A stretch of 64,000 nucleotides of DNA from Escherichia coli (GCF_029227855.1 NZ_CP074356.1); one strand, 5' to 3'. Shown: positions 1 through 14,705, counted from the first letter of the stretch. A program made the numbers and translations. Notes: generated from the sequence alone by a model not told the origin.

Positions 1-343
1 GCGCCCGTTCATAAAACGCAAAACGATTGATGCGGATGATGTCAGGACACGGGGCTTGTAGTGAAAGCGCATTACGGTAACGTCGTTCTACTTCAGGATC
101 GAGAGTGTCACCTTCTACCGCCGCCATCATCACCAGCGGCGGTGCATAACTGTCCAGTTCAAATAACGGGATTATCGCCTGGAGCAAGTCGCTCACCAAC
201 AGGCCATCAGCGCGGATCACCTGCGGTCCCATCGAATGGGCGGGAAAGTGAGCATCGGAAAAAATAATTTCATCTCCATGCCCCATCTCTGCCAGCACTT
301 TCAATAGTTCGGGAGAAATTAACGGCGAAATTGTTTTCAGCAT
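1..343 (-). CDS. fucU: L-fucose mutarotase FucU, N-terminal 114 codons only (3' end cut by window edge)
   Basis: ATG at 343-341 two nt downstream of the fucK stop; reverse-strand translation [34 protein letters not shown]... is RbsD/FucU-like; position in fuc operon. Confidence 0.8.
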
Positions 344-344
344 T

Positions 345-1793
345 TCACACTTCCTCTATAAATTCAGGTTCAGTTTGCGGGTAGAAATAACGGTACTGAT
401 AATGAATCTGTGCGCGGGCTTCTTCCGGGCTGTTAAATTCCCCTACGCCATACCAACCGAACAGCGCAGCTCCTGCGACGGTCGTTTCTGCGTCGTCGAG
501 AACTTTTACCGGAATATCAAGCATATTGGCTTTAATCTGATTCCACAATGTGTTGCGACTTCCTCCGCCGACTAACAATAATTCAGAGGCTTTAAAGTGC
601 CCGATTTTTTCCAGCATCTGTAGATTGCGCTGTAATTGCGCGGTTAACCCTTCCAGCGCCGCGCGATAGAAATGCCCCCGCGTGGTATTAAGCGTCACTC
701 CTTGCCAGCCAGCGTTCTGACACGACAATAAATCACACTGCATTTTCACGCCATCCGCGCCAGGCGCGATCAGACGAGCCTCTTCAATCAACATTTGCCA
801 GGGAGTTTCTGCCGTCCAGAACAGTTTTCTCACCCACTCCAGCACGCCGGATGCCAGCCATTGCATACCTGGGTTATACAACCCTGCCTGACTATCCAGT
901 TCGCAGGTGGAACCGGCATACTGACTTAACAGCGAAGTATCAACCTGGGCGCTACGGACCATTAAAATTTCCCATGTACCGGAAGAGAGCACGGGTTCAT
1001 TTTGTTCGGCACCAGCGCCAAAAAGGGCGAACTGGGTATCGTGACCTGCGGAAATCACCGGTATGCCAACGGGTAAGCCGAGCATTGCTGCGGCGCTGTT
1101 CTGTAACGTACCAATCTGTTCACCCGCTTCCACCAGACGAGGGAAGAGTCGGCGTGGAATACCGGTGGCTTGTAAAATTTGCGGACTGAAATCGCGTTGC
1201 TGGATATCCAGCATCTGGCTGGTTCCGGCCATCGTGATATCAGTAGTGAATTCGCCGGTTAAACGGTGGTTAATCAGCGACGAAATAAAGAGCCAGGCGT
1301 GCGCGAGTTCCAGCAGTTGTGGATGATTTTCTTTCAACCACACCAACTTATATAACGTATTGAAACTAAAGGCTCCGACGCCAGAAATAGCCTGCAACTG
1401 CTGTGCGGAGATCAACCGTTCAATATTGTCCATTACCGCTGCTGTTCGCGGACATTTCCAGCTAATGATCGGATAGAGCAGATTGCCTTGCTTATCTACC
1501 AGAGCGCCATCCACACCAAAGGTGGTGACGGCGATACCGCGGATGTGGCAATCAGTCAGTTCACTATTGATTTGCCGACAGCAATCAGCAAAGCGTTGCA
1601 AAATGGCGTCTAAAGACCACTGGTGCCAGGTGTTGTTTTCCATCGCGATATCGCTGGCATTAGGCGTTGAGGCGCGGGCAACAATTTTTCCCTGCCGATT
1701 AACCGCGATGGCTCTGACATTGGTCGCGCCACAGTCGAGTACCAGGATAACTTCTTGTTTCATAATCGCTCCTGCAATATAGCCGGATAACAT
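345..1793 (-). CDS. fucK: L-fuculokinase (FGGY kinase), 482 aa
   Basis: ORF track 482 aa; sequence and length match FucK; operon context fucPIKU. Confidence 0.93.
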
Positions 1794-1871
1794 TGTTTAT
1801 CCGGCTAACCACTCTTGCTTGTTCAGGCCCGGTAGCCGGAGCGACCGGGCATCACATCAGGGAGTAATGTA

Positions 1872-3647
1872 TTAACGCTTGTACAACGGGCCGTAGTTCT
1901 GGCAAGCGCGGTAATCCTGGCCTTCAATATCCATGCCGTGCGCGGCCCAGGCAGAAGGACGATACACTTTGGTCTCTTCAACGTTGTGCATACATACCGG
2001 GATACGCAGCATGGAGGCAAGAGTGATAAAGTCTGCGCCAACGTGGCCGATGGTCAGAACCCCGTGGTTAGCGCCCCAGTTCGCCATTACCGAGTACACA
2101 TCCGTAAACGGCCCTTTACCGGTGAGGCGCGGTGCAAACCAGGTGGTTGGCCAGGTTGAGTTGGTGCGTTTGTTGAGGATGTCATGCACATCCTTCGGCA
2201 ATTCCACGCTCCAGCCTTCCGCGATTTGCAGTACCGGTCCCAGGCCTTTGATGATGTTGACTCGAGTCATAGTGAACGGGACGCCGCCTTCGGTAAGGAA
2301 GCGAGAAGAGTAACCGCCGCCACGGAAGTATTCGTGGATCGCCGGGCACCATTCGGTAGCGGCGAGGCAAGCGTCAGCCTCTTGCTGAGAGATTTCCCAG
2401 TGCGGCTTCATCGTCGGGTTACCTTCGCTGTCGCGTTGTTTACAGGAACCGTCCAGCGCAGCAGAACCGGAGTTGATCAAATGGATGATGCCGTGTTCTG
2501 CCAGTCCGTCCAGTTTATGCCCCGTTACACGCTCAATTGCTTCTGGTGACCAGTAGGTACGCACATCGGCAAATACCTGAGCGGTACCAGTGAGCTGGTG
2601 GCCCATTAGCATTGCCACGCCGTTAAGACTGTCGTTTTCGGTCGCCACGACAAAGGGTTCGCGCACGCCATTCCAGTCAAATGAACTGTTAAGGATCGCT
2701 TCGGCGGTGTCGCCATTGGGATATTGATCGGTCCAGTGGCGTTGTCCCTGGAAGCCCGCAGCGATGGCGTTGTAGCCAAGTGATTCTTCCACGCGACCAA
2801 TATCGGCCAGTTTGCTGTTGCCTTGCATCATGTCGCGGATACACATCGCCATCAGTAAACTTTCGCGCAGAACTGCGCGGCTTTGCTCGGCATTGCGTTG
2901 ATACTGTTTGTTATTTTCATCTTCGCCATAGCGGAAGTTTTTATCAGCCCAGGCCAGCGCCATTTCCAGTTCGGCTTCGTCGTAAATCTTCTGATCGATA
3001 CGGCGACGCAGTTCGGTCATATCCACCGCCTGGACTTTCATTCCCAGCCAGGATTCAAAGAAGTTGTGATCAACAATGGAACCGGCGATACCCATCGAAA
3101 CGCCGCCCAGCGACAGATAGCTTTTACCTTTCATGCTGGCGACGGCCAAACCGGCGCGGGCAAAGCGCAGCAGTTTTTCTTCAACATCAGCAGGAATCGA
3201 TGTGTCATCGGCATCCTGAACGTCATGACCGTAAATGGAGAATGCCGGGATGCCTTTCTGGCTGTGAGCTGCCAGAGCCGCTGCCAGGTAAACAGCGCCG
3301 GGACGTTCAGTGCCGTTAAAGCCCCAAATGGCTTTCGGGCGGGTTGGATCCATGTCGATGGTTTCACTGCCATAGCACCAGCAAGGCGTTACCGTAATGG
3401 TGAGGCCTACATTCTGACTGCTGAATTTTTCTTCGCAAGCAGCGGCTTCAGCCATACCCGCGATACAGGTATCGGAAATGACACACTCGACGGCAGCTCC
3501 GCAGGCATGGCGCAGTTTCTCGGTCAGCAGTGCGGCCGTGGCTTTCGCCATATTCATTGTTTGTTCTTCAAGCGACTCACGAACACCCATGCGACGACCG
3601 TCAATAACCGGGCGGATACCAATTTTCGGTAAGCTGATTTTTTTCAT
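1872..3647 (-). CDS. fucI: L-fucose isomerase, 591 aa
   Basis: ORF track 591 aa [19 protein letters not shown]...; length and context. Confidence 0.95.
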   Translation of the reverse strand: MKKISLPKIGIRPVIDGRRMGVRESLEEQTMNMAKATAALLTEKLRHACGAAVECVISDTCIAGMAEAAACEEKFSSQNVGLTITVTPCWCYGSETIDMDPTRPKAIWGFNGTERPGAVYLAAALAAHSQKGIPAFSIYGHDVQDADDTSIPADVEEKLLRFARAGLAVASMKGKSYLSLGGVSMGIAGSIVDHNFFESWLGMKVQAVDMTELRRRIDQKIYDEAELEMALAWADKNFRYGEDENNKQYQRNAEQSRAVLRESLLMAMCIRDMMQGNSKLADIGRVEESLGYNAIAAGFQGQRHWTDQYPNGDTAEAILNSSFDWNGVREPFVVATENDSLNGVAMLMGHQLTGTAQVFADVRTYWSPEAIERVTGHKLDGLAEHGIIHLINSGSAALDGSCKQRDSEGNPTMKPHWEISQQEADACLAATEWCPAIHEYFRGGGYSSRFLTEGGVPFTMTRVNIIKGLGPVLQIAEGWSVELPKDVHDILNKRTNSTWPTTWFAPRLTGKGPFTDVYSVMANWGANHGVLTIGHVGADFITLASMLRIPVCMHNVEETKVYRPSAWAAHGMDIEGQDYRACQNYGPLYKR

Positions 3648-3679
3648 TACTGATTCCTCACTTTATTCGGAAAATATGT

Positions 3680-4996
3680 TCAGTTAGTTGCCGTTTGAGA
3701 ACGGAAACGGGCAAAGATAAAGATGACTGCGAAGCAGAGTGCCGGGATCAGTTCGGCAGTGGGGATGTTGCCCGCTGCGTCACTGACAAACCCCATGACC
3801 GGAGTGACAATACCGCCGCCAATAATGGTCATAACGATGAAGGACGAACCGTATTTGGTGTCCTGGCCGAGATTTTTAATGCCCAGCGAGAAGATTGTTG
3901 GGTACTGAATCGACATAAAGGCACTGCATAAAGTCAGGGCTATTAAGCCCACATGACCGCCAGCGAAGGCTGAGATCAGGCACAGTGCCATAGCGATTAA
4001 TGCGTAGGCGGCCAGGACTTTGTGTGGTGCGAAGCGACTGATGAGCCAGGTACCGGTGAAACGACCAATAAAGAAGCACACCATGGTTCCGGTTAAATAG
4101 TTAGCGGCAAAGCCTGCAGTCATACCTGGAATTTCTTCTACAGCGTAGCGAATCAAATAGCTCCAGCAGGCCGTTTGTGCGCCGACATAGCAGAATTGCG
4201 CTAATACCGCCCAGCGCCAGTGACGAATACGCGCCAGACGAGAAAGCGATGCGGAGAACGATCCTTGTTTGGCGTCACTGTGATTATCACTCTGCAATGC
4301 CGGGAATTTCGTCAGCATGATCAGCAGGGCGACCAGTAACACGATAGCCACGATGATCATATAAGGTGTCTGTACCGATAATACCAGGCTGTGTTTATAC
4401 GCACTCAATTGCTCTGGAGACATTTTATCGAGAACGTCTTGCGATTGATGTGGCACGTTAGACAAAATAAGACTTTGCCCAAAGACAACCGCGATAATTG
4501 CGCCAAATGAGTTAAATGTTTGCGCAAGATTTAAGCGGAAGTGACCACTGCTTTCCGGCCCTAATACCGTAACAAAAGGGTTTGCGGCAGTTTCCAGACA
4601 ACCTAATCCGGCTGCAATAATAAATAGGCCAACTAAAAATAAGGTGTAGTTCATTATTTCTGCAGCGGGCCAGAATAATGCAGCGCCCAAGGCATATAAA
4701 AATAATCCGGTAATAATCCCTGCTTTATAACTGAGTTTTTTCATCAATATCCCGGCAGGGATTGGGATAATGAAATAACCAAAGTAAAAGGCCGATTGGA
4801 TCAGGCCAGCCTGGAAATTTGTCAGCGTAAAAGCCTGCTGGAATTGAGGTAATAAAATGTCGTTAAGGTTATTGGCTACCGCCCAAAGAAAAAACAGTGA
4901 GCACAGCAGCGCGAATGGAATAATGTAACTTCTGCTTTGCCCTGCATCTTTATCTACCGCACGGTAACTCTGCGTTTGTATTGATGTGTTTCCCAT
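3680..4996 (-). CDS. fucP: L-fucose:H+ symporter (MFS), 438 aa
   Basis: ORF track 438 aa, polytopic hydrophobic protein; first gene of fucPIK. Confidence 0.93.
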   Translation of the reverse strand: MGNTSIQTQSYRAVDKDAGQSRSYIIPFALLCSLFFLWAVANNLNDILLPQFQQAFTLTNFQAGLIQSAFYFGYFIIPIPAGILMKKLSYKAGIITGLFLYALGAALFWPAAEIMNYTLFLVGLFIIAAGLGCLETAANPFVTVLGPESSGHFRLNLAQTFNSFGAIIAVVFGQSLILSNVPHQSQDVLDKMSPEQLSAYKHSLVLSVQTPYMIIVAIVLLVALLIMLTKFPALQSDNHSDAKQGSFSASLSRLARIRHWRWAVLAQFCYVGAQTACWSYLIRYAVEEIPGMTAGFAANYLTGTMVCFFIGRFTGTWLISRFAPHKVLAAYALIAMALCLISAFAGGHVGLIALTLCSAFMSIQYPTIFSLGIKNLGQDTKYGSSFIVMTIIGGGIVTPVMGFVSDAAGNIPTAELIPALCFAVIFIFARFRSQTATN

Positions 4997-5542
4997 AGCA
5001 TCCTCTTAGGTTCAGAAGCTTAAGCACGTAATCGGTTATGTTTTCAAAAGTGCAAAACCAGCGAGTTCGGGCTTCATATCAGTGAATATTTGCCTGTCAG
5101 AAATGAACTCATGGATTCATTTTCAAATAAAAAACGCTCTGTAATATGACGGCGGTCACACTTATTAGCTGGGAGGTGACTTTATGTGACTACCATCACT
5201 TTAATAATCGAAATTTCATGCCCGTTTCAGAAAATAAATCATAAAAAACACAAACCCGATGACCGTATTAATTGTTTGTGCCGAAAACGGGCATTTCTGG
5301 CGAGAGGGAATGGGAAAATGACCGTTTTGATAAATATTTTTAAGAGCGGTCATTTTTAATGGGGTTATAAAAAGAGAAGTTGCAGTTATTTACTGTGATT
5401 AGTTGAACCAGGTCACAAAATATAAGCTTGTGAATTTCTTTCTTGTTAATCAGGAAGAAGATGGTGGGTAATTAAACGGCTAATTCAATAGTGTGAAAGG
5501 AACAACATTATTGCCCTGTTTTGAATCAGAGAGAGGTAGCTA
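4997..5542. promoter_or_regulatory. Divergent fucPIKU / fucAO control region; CRP-like site TGTGACTACCATCACT near 5185-5200 and three ATGACCG-type motifs
   Basis: 546 bp AT-rich intergenic between divergently oriented fucP and fucA; near-consensus CRP half-sites read directly. Confidence 0.55.
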
Positions 5543-6190
5543 ATGGAACGAAATAAACTTGCTCGTCAGATTATTGACACTTGCCTGGAAATGACCCGCC
5601 TGGGACTGAACCAGGGGACAGCGGGTAACGTCAGTGTACGTTATCAGGATGGGATGCTGATTACGCCTACAGGTATTCCATATGAAAAACTGACAGAGTC
5701 GCATATTGTCTTTATTGATGGCAACGGTAAACATGAGGAAGGAAAGCTCCCCTCAAGCGAATGGCGTTTCCATATGGCGGCCTATCAAAGCAGACCGGAT
5801 GCCAACGCGGTTGTTCACAATCATGCCGTTCATTGCACAGCAGTTTCCATTCTTAACCGACCGATCCCCGCTATTCACTACATGATTGCGGCGGCTGGCG
5901 GTAATTCTATTCCTTGCGCGCCTTATGCGACCTTTGGAACACGCGAACTTTCTGAACATGTTGCGCTGGCTCTCAAAAATCGTAAGGCAACTTTGTTACA
6001 ACATCATGGGCTTATCGCTTGTGAGGTGAATCTGGAAAAAGCGTTATGGCTGGCGCATGAAGTTGAAGTGCTGGCGCAACTTTACCTGACGACCCTGGCG
6101 ATTACGGACCCGGTGCCAGTGCTGAGCGATGAAGAGATTGCCGTAGTGCTGGAGAAATTCAAAACCTATGGGTTACGGATTGAAGAGTAA
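5543..6190 (+). CDS. fucA: L-fuculose-1-phosphate aldolase, 215 aa
   Basis: ORF track 215 aa MERNKLARQIIDTCLEMTRLGL...; class II aldolase. Confidence 0.95.
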   Translation: MERNKLARQIIDTCLEMTRLGLNQGTAGNVSVRYQDGMLITPTGIPYEKLTESHIVFIDGNGKHEEGKLPSSEWRFHMAAYQSRPDANAVVHNHAVHCTAVSILNRPIPAIHYMIAAAGGNSIPCAPYATFGTRELSEHVALALKNRKATLLQHHGLIACEVNLEKALWLAHEVEVLAQLYLTTLAITDPVPVLSDEEIAVVLEKFKTYGLRIEE

Positions 6191-6214
6191 TTTCGTAAAG
6201 CAACAAGGAGAAGG

Positions 6215-7366
6215 ATGATGGCTAACAGAATGATTCTGAACGAAACGGCATGGTTTGGTCGGGGTGCTGTTGGGGCTTTAACCGATGAGGTGAAACGCCG
6301 TGGTTATCAGAAGGCGCTGATCGTCACCGATAAAACGCTGGTGCAATGCGGCGTGGTGGCAAAAGTGACCGATAAGATGGATGCTGCAGGGCTGGCATGG
6401 GCGATTTACGACGGCGTAGTGCCCAACCCAACAATTACTGTCGTCAAAGAAGGGCTCGGTGTATTCCAGAATAGCGGCGCGGATTACCTGATCGCTATTG
6501 GTGGTGGTTCTCCACAGGATACTTGTAAAGCGATTGGCATTATCAGCAACAACCCGGAGTTTGCCGATGTGCGTAGCCTGGAAGGACTTTCCCCGACCAA
6601 TAAACCCAGTGTACCGATTCTGGCAATCCCCACCACAGCAGGCACTGCGGCAGAAGTGACCATTAACTACGTGATCACTGACGAAGAAAAACGGCGCAAG
6701 TTTGTTTGCGTTGATCCGCATGATATCCCGCAGGTGGCGTTTATTGACGCTGACATGATGGATGGTATGCCTCCAGCGCTGAAAGCTGCGACGGGTGTCG
6801 ATGCGCTCACTCATGCTATTGAGGGGTATATTACCCGTGGCGCGTGGGCGCTAACCGATGCACTGCACATTAAAGCGATTGAAATCATTGCTGGGGCGCT
6901 GCGAGGATCGGTTGCTGGTGATAAGGATGCCGGAGAAGAAATGGCGCTCGGGCAGTATGTTGCGGGTATGGGCTTCTCGAATGTTGGGTTAGGGTTGGTG
7001 CATGGTATGGCGCATCCACTGGGCGCGTTTTATAACACTCCACACGGTGTCGCGAACGCCATCCTGTTACCGCATGTCATGCGCTATAACGCTGACTTTA
7101 CCGGTGAGAAGTACCGCGATATCGCGCGCGTTATGGGCGTGAAAGTGGAAGGTATGAGCCTGGAAGAGGCGCGTAATGCCGCTGTTGAAGCGGTGTTTGC
7201 TCTCAACCGTGATGTCGGTATTCCGCCACATTTGCGTGATGTTGGGGTACGCAAGGAAGACATTCCGGCACTGGCGCAGGCGGCACTGGATGATGTTTGT
7301 ACCGGTGGCAACCCGCGTGAAGCAACGCTTGAGGATATTGTAGAGCTTTACCATACCGCCTGGTAA
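6215..7366 (+). CDS. fucO: Lactaldehyde reductase (iron-containing alcohol dehydrogenase), 382-383 aa; start may be second ATG at 6218
   Basis: ORF track MMANRMILNETAWFGRG...; GGGSPQD iron-ADH motif. Confidence 0.95.
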   Translation: MMANRMILNETAWFGRGAVGALTDEVKRRGYQKALIVTDKTLVQCGVVAKVTDKMDAAGLAWAIYDGVVPNPTITVVKEGLGVFQNSGADYLIAIGGGSPQDTCKAIGIISNNPEFADVRSLEGLSPTNKPSVPILAIPTTAGTAAEVTINYVITDEEKRRKFVCVDPHDIPQVAFIDADMMDGMPPALKAATGVDALTHAIEGYITRGAWALTDALHIKAIEIIAGALRGSVAGDKDAGEEMALGQYVAGMGFSNVGLGLVHGMAHPLGAFYNTPHGVANAILLPHVMRYNADFTGEKYRDIARVMGVKVEGMSLEEARNAAVEAVFALNRDVGIPPHLRDVGVRKEDIPALAQAALDDVCTGGNPREATLEDIVELYHTAW

Positions 7367-7384
7367 ATGCGCTGATGTGATAAT

Positions 7385-7414
7385 GCCGGATGCGACGTTT
7401 GCGCCGTATCCGGC
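7385..7414. repeat. REP-like palindrome GCCGGATGCGACG...CGTATCCGGC between convergent fucO and xni
   Basis: Imperfect inverted repeat read directly; typical REP sequence class. Confidence 0.6.
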
Positions 7415-7420
7415 ACGCCG

Positions 7421-9654
<2,234 letters not shown>

Positions 9655-9711
9655 AGGAAATACATCGCGTTAAAACGGAGGAAGCGCCGCCCGAAAGCGG
9701 CGCGAAAGGAC

Positions 9712-11001
9712 TTAGCTGAACAGAGAGTAGAAGATTGCGGAGATTGCAATCAGACCCATCACGACAACGAATACGTTGCTGATGTGACCGCTGTACTTAC
9801 GCATTGCCGGTACTTTCTGAATTGCGTACATCGGCATCAGGAACAGGATCATCGCGATGATTGGGCCGCCCAGGGTTTCAATCATACCCAGGATGCTCGG
9901 GTTCAGGGTGGCAACAATCCAGGTCGTTACCAGCATGAACAGCGCAGTGATACGGTTCAGCTTGTTGATTTCGATAGACTTACCTTTACCACGCAGAGAT
10001 TTAATCACCATACCGTTGAAGCCTTCACGTGCGCCCAGGTAGTGGCCGAGGAAGGATTTGGTGATAGCGATAATCGCGATAATCGGTGCCATCCATGCGA
10101 TAACCGGTGCGTTAAAGTGGTTAGCCAGGTAAGACAGAATCGAGATGTTCTGCTCTTTAGCCGCAGCCAGGTCTGCCGGAGTCAGGCTCAGTACACAGCT
10201 GAATACGAAGAACATTACGGTCAGCACCATCATGATGTGTGCGAATGCAAGGATCTTCGAGCATTTCTGTTCTGCCATATCGCCGTACTCTTCACGCTTC
10301 GCAACGGCGAAAGAAGAGATGATCGGAGAGTGGTTGAACGAGAACACCATTACCGGAATTGCCAGCCACAGGGTCATCCACAGACCGTTTCCGGTTGCAG
10401 ATGCAGTGTCCAGAGACAGCGTTTCCAGTGCTGCGCCGTTCCACTGCGGGATCAGGTACAGAGCCAGCAGCATCAGTACGCCAACAAACGGGAATACCAG
10501 AATACTCATCGCTTTAACGATCATCTGCTCACCGAAGCGAACGATGGTCATCATACCCACGATCAGGATCAGCGACAGAATCGCACGCGGCGGTGGTGTC
10601 ATACCCAGCTGGTGAGACATGAAGCTTTCAACTGTATTGGTGATTGCCACGCTATAAACCAGCAGGATCGGGTAGATAGCGAAGAAGTAGAGCAGGGTAA
10701 TCAGTTTACCTGCGCCAATACCAAAGTGTTCTTCTACAACCTCGGTGATGTCTTCGCCTGGGTTTTTACCAGACAGTACGAAGCGAGTCAGACCGCGGTG
10801 AGCAAAAAATGTCATCGGGAACGCAAGGATAGCCATGATGATCAGCGGGATCATACCGCCAACACCGGCGTTGATTGGCAGGAACAGCACGCCCGCGCCG
10901 ATTGCCGTGCCGTAAAGGCCCAGCATCCACATGGTGTCTGTCTTGCGCCAGGCACTACGAGAGTCTTTCGACGCAATCGTGCTGGTTTGAGTCGTTTCCA
11001 T
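9712..11001 (-). CDS. sdaC: Serine:H+ symporter, 429 aa
   Basis: ORF track 429 aa membrane protein; upstream of sdaB. Confidence 0.93.
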   Translation of the reverse strand: METTQTSTIASKDSRSAWRKTDTMWMLGLYGTAIGAGVLFLPINAGVGGMIPLIIMAILAFPMTFFAHRGLTRFVLSGKNPGEDITEVVEEHFGIGAGKLITLLYFFAIYPILLVYSVAITNTVESFMSHQLGMTPPPRAILSLILIVGMMTIVRFGEQMIVKAMSILVFPFVGVLMLLALYLIPQWNGAALETLSLDTASATGNGLWMTLWLAIPVMVFSFNHSPIISSFAVAKREEYGDMAEQKCSKILAFAHIMMVLTVMFFVFSCVLSLTPADLAAAKEQNISILSYLANHFNAPVIAWMAPIIAIIAITKSFLGHYLGAREGFNGMVIKSLRGKGKSIEINKLNRITALFMLVTTWIVATLNPSILGMIETLGGPIIAMILFLMPMYAIQKVPAMRKYSGHISNVFVVVMGLIAISAIFYSLFS

Positions 11002-11557
11002 CTATTTCTCCTGGAGGAATGCAAATAATTCAGCTTTTAGCCAGTTCAGCCCGGGAAGGTGCCTGACCGTAAAAATGAAATCTGTCTATCGGCGATGGCT
11101 TAATCATTTACCGCCGTAATAATTTGAGGGCGGAAAGATACACACAAGTTATGTATCTATCAGTGATCTTGATCCCAAATACAATAATCTACTTGGAAGA
11201 TAGATTATCCCAACGCTTTACTCTGTAAATCAAAAGTAAAAGAGAATTTAAGGGCAATATTTGCCCATTAAACGACATCTGACTTCTTCCGGGGCGCGCA
11301 ATATATGTAGGTTGAACTGAAAAAATCAATACTTTTAGTTAATCATGGCGATAATTTCTTTTTCATAGCGATAAAATGTGGTTTATGAAAATAGGGAAAC
11401 GTTTGCGTTACAACATAAATTGTATGACATATTAACTGTAATGATATTTGTTGCGTGAGGGTGGTAAGAAACATTCATATAACAAATGAAATGAGTTGAT
11501 GAGTAAGTGACCAAAAACGAGAAAACCCGGCAACAAACGTCACCGGGGGAGGGGAGA

Positions 11558-12922
11558 TTACGTGCAGATTTCGTAGCAAGGGATGTAGGCTGAGCCTGGC
11601 AACTTCATACGATGCTGGGCAACAAAACCCTGTAGCAGGTCATCCATACGACGCATAATCTCTTTATCGCCGTTGATTTTATAAGGACCAAACTCTTCAA
11701 TGGCGCGAATACCGACTTCTTTTACGTTACCCGCCACAATACCGGAGAACGCACGGCGCAGGTCGGCAGCCAGCACTTCAACGGGTTGATCCGGGTAAAG
11801 CTTCAGATTAGCCATATTCTCGTGAGACGGCTCAAACGGCATTTGCAAATCTGGCGCAATGCGCATTGACCAGTTAAAGCTGTAGGCATCGCCTGTATCA
11901 CGGCGATTTTCTTTCACCAGCGGCATCGATTTTTTCATCTGACGGGCGACTTCAGCGGCGTCATCAATGATGATGCGGTAATGGCGGCGCGCGTTTTCAC
12001 CCAGCGTATGCACGACAAACTCGTCCAGTACGCGGAAGTAGTCGGCGCTCTCTTTCGGGCCGGTGAGGATCAATGGTAAAACCTGATCTTTGTTGGCCGG
12101 GTTCATTAAAATTCCCAGCAAATACAGCAACTCTTCTGCCGTACCCACACCGCCAGGGAAGATAATGATACCGTGAGCGATACGGACAAACGCTTCCAGA
12201 CGTTTTTCGATATCCGGCATGATGATCAATTCGTTGACCAGCGGGTTAGGCGGTTCAGCGGCGATAATCGACGGCTCTGTCATACCAATAAAACGACTGT
12301 CTTTGTAACGCTGCTGCGCGTGTCCGACCGCAGCACCTTTCATCGGCGCTTCCATCGCTCCCGGACCACAGCCGGTGCAGATATTCAGCTCACGCAGGCC
12401 CAGCTGATTCCCGACGCGACGGGCATACAAATACTCGTTTTCGTTAATTGAGTGCCCGCCCCAGCAGACCACCATATTTGGCGCTTCACCAACATGCAGC
12501 GCGCGAGCGTTACGCAAGATGGAAAAGACCAGGTTAGTGATGTGGACGGAGTTGTCGAGATTCAGGTTGGGAAAACGAACGGTGTTATGGATTTGCCCGT
12601 AAACGAAGAGAATGTCGCGCAGAACCGCGAACAAGTTGGCCTGCAAAGCGCGAATAATTCGCCCATCGACAAAAGCCTCTTCCGGGGGATTAATCAGTTC
12701 CAGCTTTACGCCGCGTTCACGGCGCAGGACGTTAATATCGAAATTTTCAAAACGAGACAGCAATTCTTTGCTGTTATCGGTCAAACTACCGGAGTTCAGT
12801 ACGGCAAGTGAACAGTTGCGAAACAGTTGATAGAGGTCGCTGCTGGCGGTGCGTTTAAGCATATCCACTTCCAGCTGCGACAACATATCCATGGAGCCAA
12901 GCGGGCTAATATGTGTAATCAA
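11558..12922 (-). CDS. ppnN: Nucleotide 5'-monophosphate nucleosidase PpnN (YgdH, LOG family), 454 aa
   Basis: ORF track 454 aa [24 protein letters not shown]...; LOG-like motif [10 protein letters not shown]. Confidence 0.9.
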
Positions 12923-13033
12923 GAAAAACTCCTTATGGGACGAATATCGTCATTCCCTTTGATTACAATAGCCCTGCCTGATGACCTTTCACAACCTTCT
13001 GCGTGAATCCAGCACGCAAAATTGAGAAAAAAT

Positions 13034-13882
13034 TTATTGCCGAACCAGTCTTGTGGTCGATGGGACAAAATCGCTATTACTGCGCCACGGGTTAATGTCC
13101 AGACCGCCACGACGGGTATAACGTGCGTAAACGCTCAATTTCTCTGGCTGGCAGAAGCGTAACAGGTCATTAAAGATGCGTTCCACGCACTGTTCGTGGA
13201 ACTCGTTGTGATGACGGAAAGAAACCAGGTAACGCAGCAGTTTTTCTCTGTCAATTTGGCGTCCACGATACTGAATTTGGATCGATCCCCAATCTGGTTG
13301 ATGGGTGATCAGGCAATTTGATTTCAGCAGGTGGCTGACGAGCGTCTCTTCTACTACTTTTTCTCCACTGGTGGCATTCTCCAGATAGTCAGTAGTGAAT
13401 TCATAGTTATCGATAGTGATATCCTGGCCATCAATGCAAGTGCCATTGAAATGACCTATCGGTTGGCCTTCCAGTTCATCAAGACGATATAACGCCACGC
13501 TAACCTTACCCTGAGCGCAAGTGCTTAAGTCGCGCTCCAGCGTCTGGCGCACCTCATCCCAGTTATTAAAACGCGTCTGGTTAAAACTGTTGAGATAGAG
13601 CTTAAAACTCTTCGACTCAATCAGATTTGCGCTGGTGTAATCAAGTTCAACATGACCGACGGCGACCTGCGGCAAACCTTTCGCATTCAGCCAGGAAAGT
13701 TCATATAGCGTCCAGATATCCGTACCGTGAAAAGGCAGGTTATCCGCTTTCAGACCCAGCGGATCGCGATTCAGACTACGCGGAACGCCTTGCAGTAGGC
13801 TGGCGTCATAGGTATCCCGGTAATCGGTTGATTTTCCAAGAGTCAGGCCCGCAAGTGCCTGATGGTTTGCATAAGAAGACAT
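13034..13882 (-). CDS. queF: NADPH-dependent 7-cyano-7-deazaguanine reductase, 282 aa
   Basis: ORF track 282 aa [31 protein letters not shown]... Confidence 0.93.
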   Translation of the reverse strand: MSSYANHQALAGLTLGKSTDYRDTYDASLLQGVPRSLNRDPLGLKADNLPFHGTDIWTLYELSWLNAKGLPQVAVGHVELDYTSANLIESKSFKLYLNSFNQTRFNNWDEVRQTLERDLSTCAQGKVSVALYRLDELEGQPIGHFNGTCIDGQDITIDNYEFTTDYLENATSGEKVVEETLVSHLLKSNCLITHQPDWGSIQIQYRGRQIDREKLLRYLVSFRHHNEFHEQCVERIFNDLLRFCQPEKLSVYARYTRRGGLDINPWRSNSDFVPSTTRLVRQ

Positions 13883-13949
13883 GTTTCACCGTCATAAACC
13901 AGATAAACTAAACGACAAGTGTATCTGGTTTAAGTGAAGAGAGAAATTA

Positions 13950-14495
13950 GTGGACGATTTGACCGCACAAGCCCTGAAAGATTTTACTGCACGCTACTGC
14001 GATGCGTGGCATGAAGAGCATAAAAGCTGGCCGTTGAGTGAGGAACTGTACGGCGTTCCTTCACCGTGCATTATTTCAACCACCGAAGACGCCGTATACT
14101 GGCAACCCCAGCCGTTTACCGGGGAACAAAATGTAAACGCGGTTGAACGCGCTTTTGATATTGTGATACAACCCACAATTCATACCTTTTATACGACTCA
14201 GTTTGCCGGGGATATGCACGCGCAGTTTGGCGATATTAAACTGACATTGCTGCAAACCTGGAGTGAAGACGACTTCCGTCGGGTGCAGGAAAATCTGATT
14301 GGTCATCTGGTGACTCAGAAAAGGCTAAAATTGCCGCCCACGCTATTTATCGCGACGCTGGAAGAAGAGTTAGAGGTGATCTCGGTGTGTAATCTCTCCG
14401 GTGAAGTGTGCAAAGAGACGCTGGGAACACGTAAACGGACGCATTTAGCCTCAAATCTTGCGAAATTCCTTAATCAACTTAAGCCTCTTCTGTAA
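13950..14495 (+). CDS. syd: SecY-interacting protein Syd, 181 aa (GTG start)
   Basis: ORF track 181 aa [20 protein letters not shown]... Confidence 0.9.
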   Translation: MDDLTAQALKDFTARYCDAWHEEHKSWPLSEELYGVPSPCIISTTEDAVYWQPQPFTGEQNVNAVERAFDIVIQPTIHTFYTTQFAGDMHAQFGDIKLTLLQTWSEDDFRRVQENLIGHLVTQKRLKLPPTLFIATLEEELEVISVCNLSGEVCKETLGTRKRTHLASNLAKFLNQLKPLL

Positions 14496-14513
14496 TCCAA
14501 ATACCCCATCTGG

Positions 14514-14531
14514 TTGTGAGAGATCTCTTAC
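14514..14531. promoter_or_regulatory. 18-bp palindrome TGTGAGAGATCTCTTACA, candidate UvrY (BarA/UvrY) box about 180 bp upstream of csrB
   Basis: Near-perfect inverted repeat read directly; matches the UvrY/SirA box class known upstream of csrB. Confidence 0.6.
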
Positions 14532-14705
14532 AGACTCTGTAGGAGATCGCCAGGAAATAAGCGATTACTTAAAAAGATAAGAATCGTTATTTTCATTTAA
14601 AATCAATATATTGCTTGTCAATTCTTAACTTTCATATGAAATTTTCCTTAAGGCATTGTCTGTAAGCGCCTTGTAAGACTTCGCGAAAAAGACGATTCTA
14701 TCTTC

